Positions 1 through 10,080 of a DNA stretch of 64,000 bases are shown here, piece after piece. A program made the translations under genes and the position numbers. The stretch is from Escherichia coli (GTDB taxonomy: Bacteria > Pseudomonadota > Gammaproteobacteria > Enterobacterales > Enterobacteriaceae), in NCBI RefSeq assembly GCF_022846255.1, contig NZ_AP025682.1; one strand, 5' to 3'. The notes beneath the pieces are model-generated. The model did no database searches. It worked only from the letters and a program-made list of their open reading frames with translations, and was not told where the DNA came from. Position 1 is the stretch's first letter. The number at the start of each line of letters is the position of its first letter.

Positions 1-574
1 CCAGAAGATGACCGTCAATTTTCCCATGCTCGCTGTGAATTAATTGCCGATCGCCACCATTTTGCTGCCACCAGCGCTGTAGCGCTTGCTCACTTTCGGG
101 CGTCGCACGGTCGGATTTATTGGCGACAATAATGTCTGCGGCAGCCAGCTGGTCACGGAAGTTTTCATTGCTGGCGCTTTTTTCGTCCAGCAGCAGGCGT
201 GGATCGAGAATGCACAACGTGGCGCGCAGATCTATCCACGGTTCATACACGGGCGCGGTTAAGAGATCTAGGATCTGTTTCGGATGACCCAGACCGGTCG
301 GCTCTATCAACAAGCGGTCTGGTTTTCCCTGACGCAGTAAGGTATTCAACCCTACCTGCATGGGTAAACCATTAACGCAGCACATACAGCCGCCGGGGAT
401 CTCTTTCAACAATGCGCCGCTATCGGCGAGCAAAGCACCATCAATTCCGACTTCCCCAAATTCATTAACCAGTACCGCCCATTTTTCGTTGGGATCTTTA
501 TGGGCTAACAGATGAAGAATCGACGTAGTTTTCCCGCTGCCGAGAAAACCGGTGATGAGGTTGGTTCTGGTCAC
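1..574 (-). CDS. yeiR: G3E-family (CobW/HypB/UreG-like) putative zinc-associated GTPase; only the N-terminal ~191 codons are in the window, the 3' end runs off the edge
   Basis: Minus frame open from GTG at 572-574 to the window edge; translation begins VTRTNLITGFLGSGKTTSILH with a P-loop GSGKTT; GGAG RBS just upstream. Absent from the ORF track because it is truncated by the edge. Confidence 0.8.
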   Translation of the reverse strand, partial: MTRTNLITGFLGSGKTTSILHLLAHKDPNEKWAVLVNEFGEVGIDGALLADSGALLKEIPGGCMCCVNGLPMQVGLNTLLRQGKPDRLLIEPTGLGHPKQILDLLTAPVYEPWIDLRATLCILDPRLLLDEKSASNENFRDQLAAADIIVANKSDRATPESEQALQRWWQQNGGDRQLIHSEHGKIDGHLL

Positions 575-691
575 AACGGCTCCGCAATACTCTTAAAAGT
601 TAACTGAGCGTTAATCCTGGCTAAAAAAGGCAGAAAAGAGAAGGGGAGAGCGGACGAAGGCGAGCTTCATCCGCTTTAACCGCAGAAATCG

Positions 692-2167
692 TTAAATTTT
701 GAGGGTGTTTAATAGCGCCTGATGCGCGCCGAATTGTGCGATTTGTTGCCAGGCTTGTTCGATAGCCTGCACAAAATGCGGGTTATCTGGCAGATCATCA
801 CCGAAAACTTCACGCAGAGAAAGCAGGGCGGTGACGCGTTGTTCACTGCTGCTGCCCGCAACAAGTTCACGAATTTTATCGCTAAGCGGATCGCGAACAT
901 CAATGGCATTTCCGGCATCATCAACGCCGCTGACGTAACGCATCCAGCCTGCAACGCCTAATGCCAGCAACGACCAGTCTGTTTCGCGCGCCAGATGTAT
1001 GCGAATACCTGCCAGCATACGTTGCGGTAATTTCTGGCTGCCATCCATCGCGATTTGCCAGGTCTTATGTTTCAGCGCCGGGTTAGCAAAACGTGCAATT
1101 AACTTATCCGCATATTGTGTTAAATCGACATCTTTAATTCGCAGTGTTGGCGCTTGCTCATCCAGCATTAATGTTCTGGCGGCATGGCGAAATGCGCGAT
1201 CCTGCATGCAATCACTGATGTGCGCGAATCCTGAGAGGTAACCCAGATAAGCGAGAAAAGAGTGGCTGCCATTAAGCATACGCAGTTTCATCTCTTCCCA
1301 TGGCAGGACATCATTCACCATTTGTACACCTGCGACTTCCCAGGCAGGACGCCCAGCGACGAAGTTATCTTCCACCACCCACTGGATAAACGGTTCGCAG
1401 CTAATCGCACAGGGATCATTCACCCCCAGATGCTGGCTGATTTCTGCCAGTGATTCGTCGGTTGCTGCCGGAACAATACGGTCGACCATGGTTCCCGGAA
1501 AACTGACGTGTTCTTTTATCCACCCGGCGAGTTCTGGTGAACGTTTTTCCGCCATCCCCAGCACCGCGTTTTTCACCACATGGCCATTGTCGGGAATATT
1601 GTCGCAGGAGAGTACGGTAAACGGTGCAAGGCCGCGTTCACGGCGTCGTTTCAGTGCTTCGACGAGAATACCCGGCGCGGAGTGAGGTTCTTCAGGATTT
1701 TGAAGATCGTGAATAATCCGCGGATTGCTGGTGTCGAGTGCACCGGTGGCCGGGTCAATACAATAGCCTTTTTCGGTAATCGTCAGGGAAACAATTGCCA
1801 CCTGTGGCTCGCAAAATTTCTCAATAATTGCCGCTAAGGAATCCAGTTTTGCATTCAGGCAGTCGTGAACGGCACCGACAATTATCGCCTGATTGCCGTC
1901 CGCACCTTTCTCCAGCACGGTATATAAATGGTTCTGTGCGCGGAGCTGGCTCATCAGTTGATCGCCGCTGAACAAGCTGATCTCACAGATCCCCCAGTCG
2001 CCGCCCTGGGCATTCAGCACACGATCGGTCAGTAACGCCTGATGAGCGCGGTGAAAGGCTCCAAAGCCAAAATGAACGATACGTGATTGCAACTGCTGGC
2101 GATCGTAGCGTGGAGCGTATACATGATGCGGGAGCGTAGCGGAGGCGATTGTATTCATAGGAGTCAC
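692..2167 (-). CDS. yeiQ: Mannitol-dehydrogenase-family oxidoreductase (fructuronate/mannonate reductase-like)
   Basis: 491-aa ORF, N-terminal Rossmann-like GFGAFHRAH motif; true start may be a few codons downstream of the first Met. Confidence 0.88.
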   Translation of the reverse strand: MTPMNTIASATLPHHVYAPRYDRQQLQSRIVHFGFGAFHRAHQALLTDRVLNAQGGDWGICEISLFSGDQLMSQLRAQNHLYTVLEKGADGNQAIIVGAVHDCLNAKLDSLAAIIEKFCEPQVAIVSLTITEKGYCIDPATGALDTSNPRIIHDLQNPEEPHSAPGILVEALKRRRERGLAPFTVLSCDNIPDNGHVVKNAVLGMAEKRSPELAGWIKEHVSFPGTMVDRIVPAATDESLAEISQHLGVNDPCAISCEPFIQWVVEDNFVAGRPAWEVAGVQMVNDVLPWEEMKLRMLNGSHSFLAYLGYLSGFAHISDCMQDRAFRHAARTLMLDEQAPTLRIKDVDLTQYADKLIARFANPALKHKTWQIAMDGSQKLPQRMLAGIRIHLARETDWSLLALGVAGWMRYVSGVDDAGNAIDVRDPLSDKIRELVAGSSSEQRVTALLSLREVFGDDLPDNPHFVQAIEQAWQQIAQFGAHQALLNTLKI

Positions 2168-2334
2168 GTCTTAGTAACGATTGATTAACAATGACAGTGT
2201 AAAGTTATATGACAACAATTGAAATTGGTCTGGATTGTTAATGCGATGAAGTGTGAGGGCGATCAATGAACTGGTGAATATTACGGGAGAACTATATTCA
2301 GGAAGCGCAAAATAGAAGATTGGTATAATAAATT

Positions 2335-2366
2335 AAAAAAGGGACAGCCTGAGCTATCCCTTTTCT
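2335..2366 (-). terminator. Rho-independent terminator downstream of yeiP (hairpin flanked by A-run/T-run, potentially bidirectional)
   Basis: aaaaaa-GGGACAGC-ctga-GCTATCCC-ttttct immediately 3' of the yeiP stop codon (2381-2383 on the minus strand). Confidence 0.6.
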
Positions 2367-2380
2367 GCATGCGGCTGAAG

Positions 2381-2953
2381 TTAGTCAGCACGCCCCATAT
2401 AACGGCGTTCTTCGATATGGATACGAATTTTTTCGCCCGGGCTTAAGTATTCTGGTACCTGAATCACCAGACCAGTGCTCAATGTCGCCGGTTTGTTACG
2501 GGCGCTGGCAGATGCCCCTTTGATGCCTGGTGCGGTTTCAACGATTTCCAGATCAACGGTCTGCGGCAGCTCAAGCGCCAGCAGTTGACCATCCCAGGTC
2601 AGCACCTGCATGTCCGGCATGCCGCCCTCTGGCATAAACAGCAACTCTTCTTCAATCTGATCTTTGGTGAAGGTATACGGGGTATAGTCTTCTTTATCCA
2701 TAAAGACATATTCGTTGCCATCGACATAGGAGAAGTCAACGTAACGGCGGGTCAGCGTCACGGTGTCAACGATATCATCACCTTTGAAACGCTCTTCTAC
2801 TTTCAGCCCGGTACGGACATCAGAAAAACGCATTTTGTACAGCGTAGCGGCACCGCGGGCAGTGGGCGACTGAATATCAATGTCCTTAACCAGCAGCAGT
2901 TTGCCGTTGTAATTCAGTACCATACCTTTTTTAATTTCGTTCGCTCTTGGCAT
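2381..2953 (-). CDS. yeiP: Elongation factor P-like protein
   Basis: Track ORF 2381..3208 trimmed to the internal ATG giving a 190-aa protein [22 protein letters not shown]..., typical EF-P-family length and sequence. Confidence 0.9.
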
Positions 2954-3107
2954 CGAAAAATTCCTGTAGTCGAAAATGTCAAAAATATCGCGACAAAGTA
3001 CTCGCGACGGGCCTTTCGGGCAAGTGGTATTCGCACTTTTGCTGGTGCAAAAAAGGTGGTACTGTGCGCGCTCATCAATCCGGTGGTTAACCTTAAGAGA
3101 ACAACGT

Positions 3108-3362
3108 ATGGAATGCCGTCCGGGTTGCGGGGCGTGTTGCACTGCCCCTTCAATTTCCAGCCCTATTCCCGGTATGCCAGATGGCAAGCCCGCCAATACG
3201 CCCTGCATTCAGCTTGATGAACAGCAACGCTGTAAAATTTTCACCTCGCCACTGCGACCGAAAGTCTGTGCAGGCTTACAAGCCAGCGCTGAAATGTGCG
3301 GTAACTCGCGTCAGCAGGCAATGACCTGGCTTATCGATCTGGAAATGCTGACCGCGCCTTAA
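3108..3362 (+). CDS. yeiW: Small cysteine-rich protein (UPF0153 / YkgJ-like putative Fe-S or Zn cluster protein)
   Basis: 84-aa product [16 protein letters not shown]... (CxxCxxCC motif) inside track ORF 2976..3362; its 3' end overlaps the setB 3' end by 4 nt (convergent). Confidence 0.8.
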
Positions 3363-4540
3363 ACATCTTTAATTCGCAGTAAGCAAAACAGAGTAGCGAT
3401 AATCATCACCATCGCAAACCAGAACACAGCGTGATAATTCCAGATCTCGGCGACGATGCCCGCCACTGATCCTGCGATGATCCAGCCCACGCGCGACGTG
3501 TTGGTATAGAGCGTGGTGGCTGAACCTGCCTGACCGGGCATCAAATCCTGAAAATAGAGCATCCCGATGCCGCCCAGAATGCCAATAAAAATAGCATTTA
3601 GCAGCTGCAAGCCCAACAGAATGACAGGTGAATGCGCCATCAGCATTCCTGCGTAAAAACAGACGCCACCCACGGCAGCAACGCGCATTAAGAAGCGCTT
3701 ACCCAGACGTTTGGCAAAATATCCGGCGATCAACATGGTCGGGATTTCCAGCCCTGCGGCGGTCCCCATCATCACACCGGCCAGTTTCTCGGGAAGATGC
3801 AGTTCGTTGATAATAAATAGCGGCATGTTGATGATGTACAGGCTGTTCGAGCCCCACATCAATGTACAAATGACAAACAGCAGCAACGTATCGCGACGGT
3901 TACGGCGCGGCGCTTCAACCGTGCCGGTCGCCAGCGGAAGCTCTTTTTGCATCGACGGCAAAAACAGCCACACCATCACGCCGCAAACAATAAACGCTAC
4001 CGCTGCGCTCAGATACATTACCGTAAAGCTGAAACCCATCGCTAAGGCATAAGCCAGCGGTGGGCCAATGACCCATGCCAGTGAAACCTGAGCGCGTAAA
4101 AAAGAGCTGAACATCACCGCCTCACGTCCGGTTTTGTCAGCATGTTCACGGGCAAGGGCAAACATTTGCGGGTTAGCGGTTGAGCCAAAGCTGCTAAGAA
4201 AGACGCCAACGAATAGCAAAACAAAGTAGTTGCGATTCCAGGCAAAAAGGGTGCAGGCCAGCACGCCTAACAGGCAGCAAAAGACAATCAGCGATTTGCG
4301 ATCGCCGCGCTTATCAGAGCGCCCGGCGAGAAACTGACTCACCAGAATCCCAATGACTGCGCTGCCGGTAAAGAAGAATCCCACCATCGCCGGACGGGCA
4401 TGTACTTCATCAGTAAGAAAAATACTGAGTGTCGGGGTTTGCAGAGCGCCCGCAATACCGGTGAGAAAGGCAACGATTAAAAACGCCATCGAGGTCAGGT
4501 CAAACGATTTCGCGCTGGTGACTGCGGGGGAGTTATGCAT
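3359..4540 (-). CDS. setB: MFS sugar efflux transporter SetB
   Basis: 393-aa polytopic membrane protein, MFS architecture, recognised sequence. Confidence 0.9.
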
Positions 4541-4806
4541 GCTGGTCGATCACTGGAAGAGGAAGACGCGGAGTTTACGCTGCTTGTCAGAAAATAAACA
4601 GACAGCGAAATCAAAAGCGCCACGAATAATCAAAATGCCATTTCACTGTTGCTGATTGGCTGCTGACGCTGCTGAAATGAAATTGCTGATAACGGATTTT
4701 CCCATCAGCAATTAGGAAAAATGACAAAAAATTGTGCAGCACATCAAACTTTTGCTCATAACTTTACGGCTTTCCTTGCGTGCTGAAACAAAAGTATTAT
4801 GCTTTC

Positions 4807-4822
4807 TTGAAACGTTTCAGCG
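4807..4822. promoter_or_regulatory. Cra (FruR) operator-like palindrome in the fruB promoter region
   Basis: TTGAAACGTTTCAGCG, near-perfect TGAAAC.GTTTCA palindrome about 90 nt upstream of the fruB ATG. Confidence 0.6.
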
Positions 4823-4871
4823 CGATCCTGTCTTTAACCCTAAGCCAGGTTGGCGCTTTTTTCTCATAGAA

Positions 4872-4892
4872 GCTGAATCGTTTCAATTCAGC
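4872..4892. promoter_or_regulatory. Cra (FruR) operator-like palindrome proximal to the fruB start
   Basis: GCTGAATCGTTTCAATTCAGC, palindromic, ending 15 nt before the fruB ATG at 4907. Confidence 0.65.
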
Positions 4893-4906
4893 AAGAGAGG
4901 AGAACT

Positions 4907-6037
4907 ATGTTCCAGTTATCCGTACAGGACATCCATCCGGGCGAAAAGGCCGGAGACAAAGAAGAGGCGATTCGCCAGGTCGCTGCGGCGCTGGTGCAGG
5001 CCGGTAATGTAGCTGAAGGCTACGTCAATGGCATGCTGGCGCGCGAACAGCAAACCTCAACGTTCCTCGGCAATGGTATTGCTATTCCACACGGCACTAC
5101 CGACACCCGCGATCAGGTGCTGAAAACCGGCGTTCAGGTATTTCAGTTCCCGGAAGGCGTCACCTGGGGTGACGGCCAGGTAGCGTACGTGGCGATCGGT
5201 ATTGCTGCCAGCTCGGATGAACATCTGGGCCTGCTACGCCAGCTGACCCACGTACTGAGCGATGATTCCGTTGCTGAACAACTGAAGTCAGCAACAACAG
5301 CAGAAGAACTTCGCGCATTGCTGATGGGCGAAAAGCAGAGTGAGCAGCTGAAGCTCGACAACGAAATGCTGACGTTGGATATCGTCGCCAGCGATCTGCT
5401 GACTCTTCAGGCGCTGAACGCTGCGCGTCTGAAAGAGGCGGGGGCAGTTGACGCCACTTTCGTCACCAAAGCCATCAATGAACAACCGCTGAACCTCGGG
5501 CAGGGTATCTGGCTGAGCGATAGCGCCGAAGGCAATCTGCGTAGCGCGATTGCGGTAAGCCGTGCGGCAAATGCTTTTGATGTGGACGGCGAAACGGCAG
5601 CCATGCTGGTGAGTGTGGCGATGAATGACGATCAGCCCATCGCGGTTCTTAAGCGTCTCGCTGATTTGTTGCTCGATAATAAAGCTGACCGCTTGCTGAA
5701 AGCGGATGCGGCAACGTTGCTGGCGCTGCTGACCAGCGATGATGCGCCGACCGACGACGTGTTAAGCGCGGAGTTTGTGGTGCGCAATGAACACGGCCTG
5801 CATGCTCGTCCAGGTACCATGCTAGTCAATACCATTAAACAATTTAACAGTGATATTACCGTGACAAACCTTGATGGCACCGGCAAACCGGCAAACGGAC
5901 GTAGTCTGATGAAAGTTGTGGCACTTGGCGTTAAGAAAGGTCATCGCCTACGCTTTACCGCCCAGGGTGCAGATGCTGAACAGGCGCTGAAAGCCATTGG
6001 CGACGCTATCGCTGCTGGTCTTGGGGAGGGCGCATAA
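4907..6037 (+). CDS. fruB: Fructose PTS diphosphoryl transfer protein (IIA-FPr fusion)
   Basis: 376-aa ORF with N-terminal EIIA and C-terminal HPr-like domain (GLHARPG motif); first gene of a coupled fruB-fruK-fruA set. Confidence 0.93.
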
Positions 6038-6975
6038 TGAGCAGACGTGTTGCTACGATCACCCTTAATCCGGCTTATGACCTTGTTGGTTTCTGCCCGG
6101 AAATTGAACGCGGCGAAGTGAACCTGGTGAAAACCACCGGTCTGCATGCGGCGGGTAAAGGCATCAACGTGGCCAAAGTATTAAAAGACCTGGGAATTGA
6201 TGTCACCGTTGGCGGCTTCCTGGGTAAAGACAATCAGGATGGTTTTCAGCAACTGTTCAGCGAGCTGGGCATTGCCAACCGTTTCCAGGTTGTACAGGGG
6301 CGCACCCGAATTAACGTTAAGCTGACGGAAAAAGACGGCGAAGTGACCGACTTCAACTTCTCGGGTTTTGAAGTCACCCCCGCCGACTGGGAACGCTTTG
6401 TGACTGATTCTCTGAGCTGGCTCGGTCAGTTCGATATGGTCTGTGTCAGCGGAAGCTTACCGTCAGGCGTCAGCCCGGAAGCGTTCACCGACTGGATGAC
6501 TCGCCTGCGTAGTCAGTGTCCTTGCATTATCTTTGATAGTAGCCGTGAAGCGTTAGTAGCAGGTTTGAAAGCGGCACCGTGGCTGGTGAAACCTAACCGC
6601 CGCGAGCTGGAAATCTGGGCAGGCCGTAAACTGCCTGAAATGAAAGATGTGATTGAAGCTGCGCATGCGCTGCGTGAACAAGGCATCGCGCATGTTGTTA
6701 TTTCACTGGGTGCCGAAGGCGCGCTTTGGGTTAATGCCTCCGGCGAATGGATCGCCAAACCACCGTCAGTCGATGTCGTAAGCACCGTTGGCGCAGGGGA
6801 TTCTATGGTTGGTGGCCTGATTTATGGCTTGCTGATGCGTGAATCCAGTGAACACACACTGCGTCTGGCGACAGCTGTTGCAGCCCTGGCGGTAAGTCAA
6901 AGCAATGTGGGTATTACCGATCGTCCGCAGTTGGCCGCAATGATGGCGCGCGTCGACTTACAACCTTTTAACTGA
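6037..6975 (+). CDS. fruK: 1-phosphofructokinase (PfkB family)
   Basis: 312-aa ORF; start overlaps the fruB stop (ATGA-type coupling); PfkB signature GAGDSMVGG. Confidence 0.93.
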   Translation: MSRRVATITLNPAYDLVGFCPEIERGEVNLVKTTGLHAAGKGINVAKVLKDLGIDVTVGGFLGKDNQDGFQQLFSELGIANRFQVVQGRTRINVKLTEKDGEVTDFNFSGFEVTPADWERFVTDSLSWLGQFDMVCVSGSLPSGVSPEAFTDWMTRLRSQCPCIIFDSSREALVAGLKAAPWLVKPNRRELEIWAGRKLPEMKDVIEAAHALREQGIAHVVISLGAEGALWVNASGEWIAKPPSVDVVSTVGAGDSMVGGLIYGLLMRESSEHTLRLATAVAALAVSQSNVGITDRPQLAAMMARVDLQPFN

Positions 6976-6991
6976 CAGCAGGAGAGGCATA

Positions 6992-8683
6992 ATGAAAACG
7001 CTGCTGATTATTGACGCTAATCTCGGTCAGGCACGCGCCTATATGGCGAAGACCCTGCTGGGCGCGGCGGCGCGAAAAGCAAAACTGGAAATCATCGACA
7101 ATCCGAACGACGCAGAAATGGCGATTGTTCTCGGTGATTCCATCCCGAATGACAGCGCGCTGAACGGTAAAAATGTCTGGCTGGGTGATATTTCCCGGGC
7201 AGTTGCGCACCCTGAGCTGTTCCTGAGTGAAGCCAAAGGCCATGCGAAACCTTACACTGCGCCGGTCGCTGCGACAGCACCGGTTGCTGCCAGCGGTCCG
7301 AAACGCGTAGTTGCGGTGACTGCTTGCCCGACTGGCGTAGCACACACCTTTATGGCGGCTGAAGCCATTGAAACCGAAGCGAAAAAACGTGGCTGGTGGG
7401 TGAAAGTTGAAACCCGTGGTTCTGTTGGCGCGGGTAATGCAATCACCCCTGAAGAAGTCGCAGCAGCGGATCTGGTGATTGTGGCGGCAGATATCGAAGT
7501 GGATCTGGCGAAATTTGCTGGTAAACCGATGTATCGCACCTCTACCGGTCTGGCGCTGAAGAAAACTGCGCAGGAACTGGATAAAGCGGTTGCTGAAGCA
7601 ACGCCGTATGAACCGGCGGGCAAAACTCAAACAGCGACCACTGAAGGTAAGAAAGAGAGTGCAGGCGCTTACCGTCACTTGCTGACGGGCGTCTCTTACA
7701 TGCTGCCGATGGTTGTTGCAGGTGGTCTGTGTATCGCGCTTTCTTTTGCTTTTGGTATCGAAGCGTTTAAAGAGCCGGGTACGTTGGCAGCGGCGCTGAT
7801 GCAGATTGGTGGTGGTTCAGCCTTTGCGCTGATGGTGCCGGTACTGGCAGGTTATATTGCCTTCTCCATTGCCGATCGTCCGGGTCTCACGCCGGGTCTG
7901 ATTGGCGGTATGCTGGCGGTTAGCACCGGTTCTGGCTTCATTGGTGGTATTATTGCGGGCTTCCTGGCGGGTTACATTGCGAAGTTAATCAGTACGCAAC
8001 TGAAACTGCCACAGAGTATGGAGGCACTGAAACCGATCCTGATCATTCCGCTAATTTCCAGTCTGGTGGTCGGTCTGGCGATGATCTACCTAATCGGTAA
8101 ACCGGTTGCTGGCATTCTCGATGGGTTGACTCACTGGCTGCAGACCATGGGGACTGCGAATGCGGTTCTGCTGGGGGCGATCCTCGGTGGCATGATGTGT
8201 ACTGACATGGGCGGTCCGGTAAACAAAGCAGCGTACGCATTCGGTGTGGGTCTGCTGAGTACTCAAACCTATGGCCCGATGGCGGCGATTATGGCGGCAG
8301 GTATGGTGCCACCGCTGGCAATGGGTCTGGCAACAATGGTGGCGCGTCGCAAATTCGACAAAGCGCAGCAGGAAGGTGGCAAAGCCGCTCTGGTACTTGG
8401 TCTGTGCTTTATTTCGGAAGGTGCAATTCCGTTTGCTGCTCGTGATCCGATGCGTGTGCTACCGTGCTGTATCGTTGGTGGGGCGCTGACTGGCGCAATC
8501 TCAATGGCGATTGGTGCGAAACTGATGGCACCACACGGTGGTCTGTTTGTTCTGCTGATCCCTGGCGCTATTACGCCGGTATTGGGTTACCTGGTAGCAA
8601 TTATTGCCGGTACGCTGGTGGCGGGTTTGGCCTATGCCTTCCTCAAACGCCCGGAAACACAAATAGTAGAAAAAAACGCATAA
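6992..8683 (+). CDS. fruA: Fructose PTS EIIB'BC component
   Basis: 563-aa ORF, duplicated IIB-like N-terminus plus polytopic IIC membrane domain. Confidence 0.93.
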   Translation: MKTLLIIDANLGQARAYMAKTLLGAAARKAKLEIIDNPNDAEMAIVLGDSIPNDSALNGKNVWLGDISRAVAHPELFLSEAKGHAKPYTAPVAATAPVAASGPKRVVAVTACPTGVAHTFMAAEAIETEAKKRGWWVKVETRGSVGAGNAITPEEVAAADLVIVAADIEVDLAKFAGKPMYRTSTGLALKKTAQELDKAVAEATPYEPAGKTQTATTEGKKESAGAYRHLLTGVSYMLPMVVAGGLCIALSFAFGIEAFKEPGTLAAALMQIGGGSAFALMVPVLAGYIAFSIADRPGLTPGLIGGMLAVSTGSGFIGGIIAGFLAGYIAKLISTQLKLPQSMEALKPILIIPLISSLVVGLAMIYLIGKPVAGILDGLTHWLQTMGTANAVLLGAILGGMMCTDMGGPVNKAAYAFGVGLLSTQTYGPMAAIMAAGMVPPLAMGLATMVARRKFDKAQQEGGKAALVLGLCFISEGAIPFAARDPMRVLPCCIVGGALTGAISMAIGAKLMAPHGGLFVLLIPGAITPVLGYLVAIIAGTLVAGLAYAFLKRPETQIVEKNA

Positions 8684-8740
8684 TTTCTCTTCATCATCGG
8701 GGCTGAGACATCTCTGCCCCGATGATGACAAACGCAAAAT

Positions 8741-8840
8741 TGCCTGATGCGCTATGCTTATCAGACCTACATGAACCCTGCAATATATTGAATTTTTGCG
8801 CTTTTGTAGGTCGGATAAGGCGTTTACGCCACATCCAGCA
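8741..8840. repeat. BIME: two REP (palindromic unit) copies in opposite orientation
   Basis: TGCCTGATGCGCTATGCTTATCAGACCTACA ... TGTAGGTCGGATAAGGCGTTTACGCCACATCCAGCA, matching the E. coli REP consensus. Confidence 0.8.
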
Positions 8841-8867
8841 TGAACAAAGCGCGCGTTGTCAACAATC

Positions 8868-8897
8868 TGAGGGCAGAAACATCTCTGCCCTTTTTCT
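8868..8897 (+). terminator. Rho-independent terminator of the fruBKA transcript
   Basis: GGGCAGA-aacatc-TCTGCCC followed by TTTTT. Confidence 0.75.
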
Positions 8898-8911
8898 TGC
8901 CTGCCATATTG

Positions 8912-8927
8912 TGTGTTACACATCACA
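8912..8927. promoter_or_regulatory. CRP-like binding site upstream of psuK
   Basis: TGTGTtacacaTCACA, matching TGTGA-N6-TCACA in 9 of 10 half-site positions, about 210 nt upstream of the psuK ATG. Confidence 0.45.
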
Positions 8928-9138
8928 ACTTTCTCTTTTGTTGCTGCATAAATAGACAAATTTTGTGACCGCCTTCATATCTGGCCGATTTCGTTTTTTC
9001 TGATCGATTTACATTACGTTAAACATGCTTATTATGAACATGTGTTTAAATCTGAACACGTGCTCTAATAGTCTTATTGACTGTAATGACTATTTTACCC
9101 AATTTCTTCGTTGGCAATTTATTGCCAGGGGGCGTGCT

Positions 9139-10080
9139 ATGCGCGAAAAGGACTACATAGTAATTATTGGCTCGGCGAATATTGATGTGGCTGGGTATTC
9201 ACATCATCCATTGAATTATGCGGATTCGAATCCCGGAAAAATTAAATTTACCCCAGGTGGCGTGGGAAGGAATATCGCTCATAATCTGGCGTTACTGGGG
9301 AAAAATGCCTGGCTTTTAAGTGCAGTAGGTGGTGATTTTTATGGGCAATCATTACTGGCGCAAACTAATCAATCCGGTGTTTATGTCGATAAATGCTTAA
9401 TTGTTCCGGGTGAGAATACATCCAGCTATTTATCACTGCTCGATAATACAGGAGAAATGCTTGTCGCGATAAATGATATGAGTATTAGTGACTGTATTTC
9501 TGCAGAATTTCTTGCCCAGCATCAGGAGTTTATTCGCGGTGCAAAGGTTATTGTCGCGGATTGCAACCTTAGTGAAGAGGCGCTGGTCTGGGTTCTGGAA
9601 AATAGCGGGGAAACGCCTGTATTTATTGATCCGGTATCGGCATGGAAATGCGTCAAAATCCGCGATCATCTGAGCAAAATCCATACGTTAAAACCTAACC
9701 GTCTTGAAGCCGAAACGTTGAGCGGAATTGCACTTTCCGGACGTGAAGATGTCGCAAAGGTCGCCGCCTGGTTTCATCAACACGGCCTGAACCGCCTGGT
9801 GCTGAGCATGGGAGGGGATGGCGTTTACTACAGTGATATCAACGGTGAAAGTGGGTGGTCGGCCCCTATTAAAACGAATGTCATCAATGTTACTGGGGCA
9901 GGCGACGCCATGATGGCGGGGCTGGCCTCCTGTTGGGTAGACGGTATGCCGTTTATCGATTCTGTTCGATTTGCGCAGGGATGTTCGTCAATGGCACTTG
10001 CCTGTGAATATACCAACAACCCTGAATTATCAATTGCCAATGTTACATCGTTAGTGGAGAACACAGAATGTCTGAATTAA
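9139..10080 (+). CDS. psuK: Pseudouridine kinase (PfkB family)
   Basis: Track ORF 9025..10080 trimmed to ATG 9139 (MREKDYIVIIGSANIDV..., 313 aa); ribokinase-like GGVGRNIAHNLALLG and C-terminal GAGDAMMAG motifs. Confidence 0.88.
   Translation: MREKDYIVIIGSANIDVAGYSHHPLNYADSNPGKIKFTPGGVGRNIAHNLALLGKNAWLLSAVGGDFYGQSLLAQTNQSGVYVDKCLIVPGENTSSYLSLLDNTGEMLVAINDMSISDCISAEFLAQHQEFIRGAKVIVADCNLSEEALVWVLENSGETPVFIDPVSAWKCVKIRDHLSKIHTLKPNRLEAETLSGIALSGREDVAKVAAWFHQHGLNRLVLSMGGDGVYYSDINGESGWSAPIKTNVINVTGAGDAMMAGLASCWVDGMPFIDSVRFAQGCSSMALACEYTNNPELSIANVTSLVENTECLN

Noticed and set aside
2585-3217. 210-aa plus-strand ORF overlapping yeiP and the start of yeiW
   Set aside because: Mostly antisense to the EF-P-like gene; only its last part coincides with the genuine yeiW frame, which I called separately from its own ATG.
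6968-7678. 236-aa minus-strand ORF (plus nested 65-, 83- and 123-aa ORFs) inside fruA
   Set aside because: Antisense to a strongly supported PTS gene; Arg/Cys-rich low-complexity composition typical of spurious reverse-frame ORFs in GC-rich coding DNA.
8501-8959. 152-aa minus-strand and 77-aa plus-strand ORFs spanning the fruA 3' end, REP units and terminator
   Set aside because: Run through repeat and terminator hairpins with no coding-like composition.
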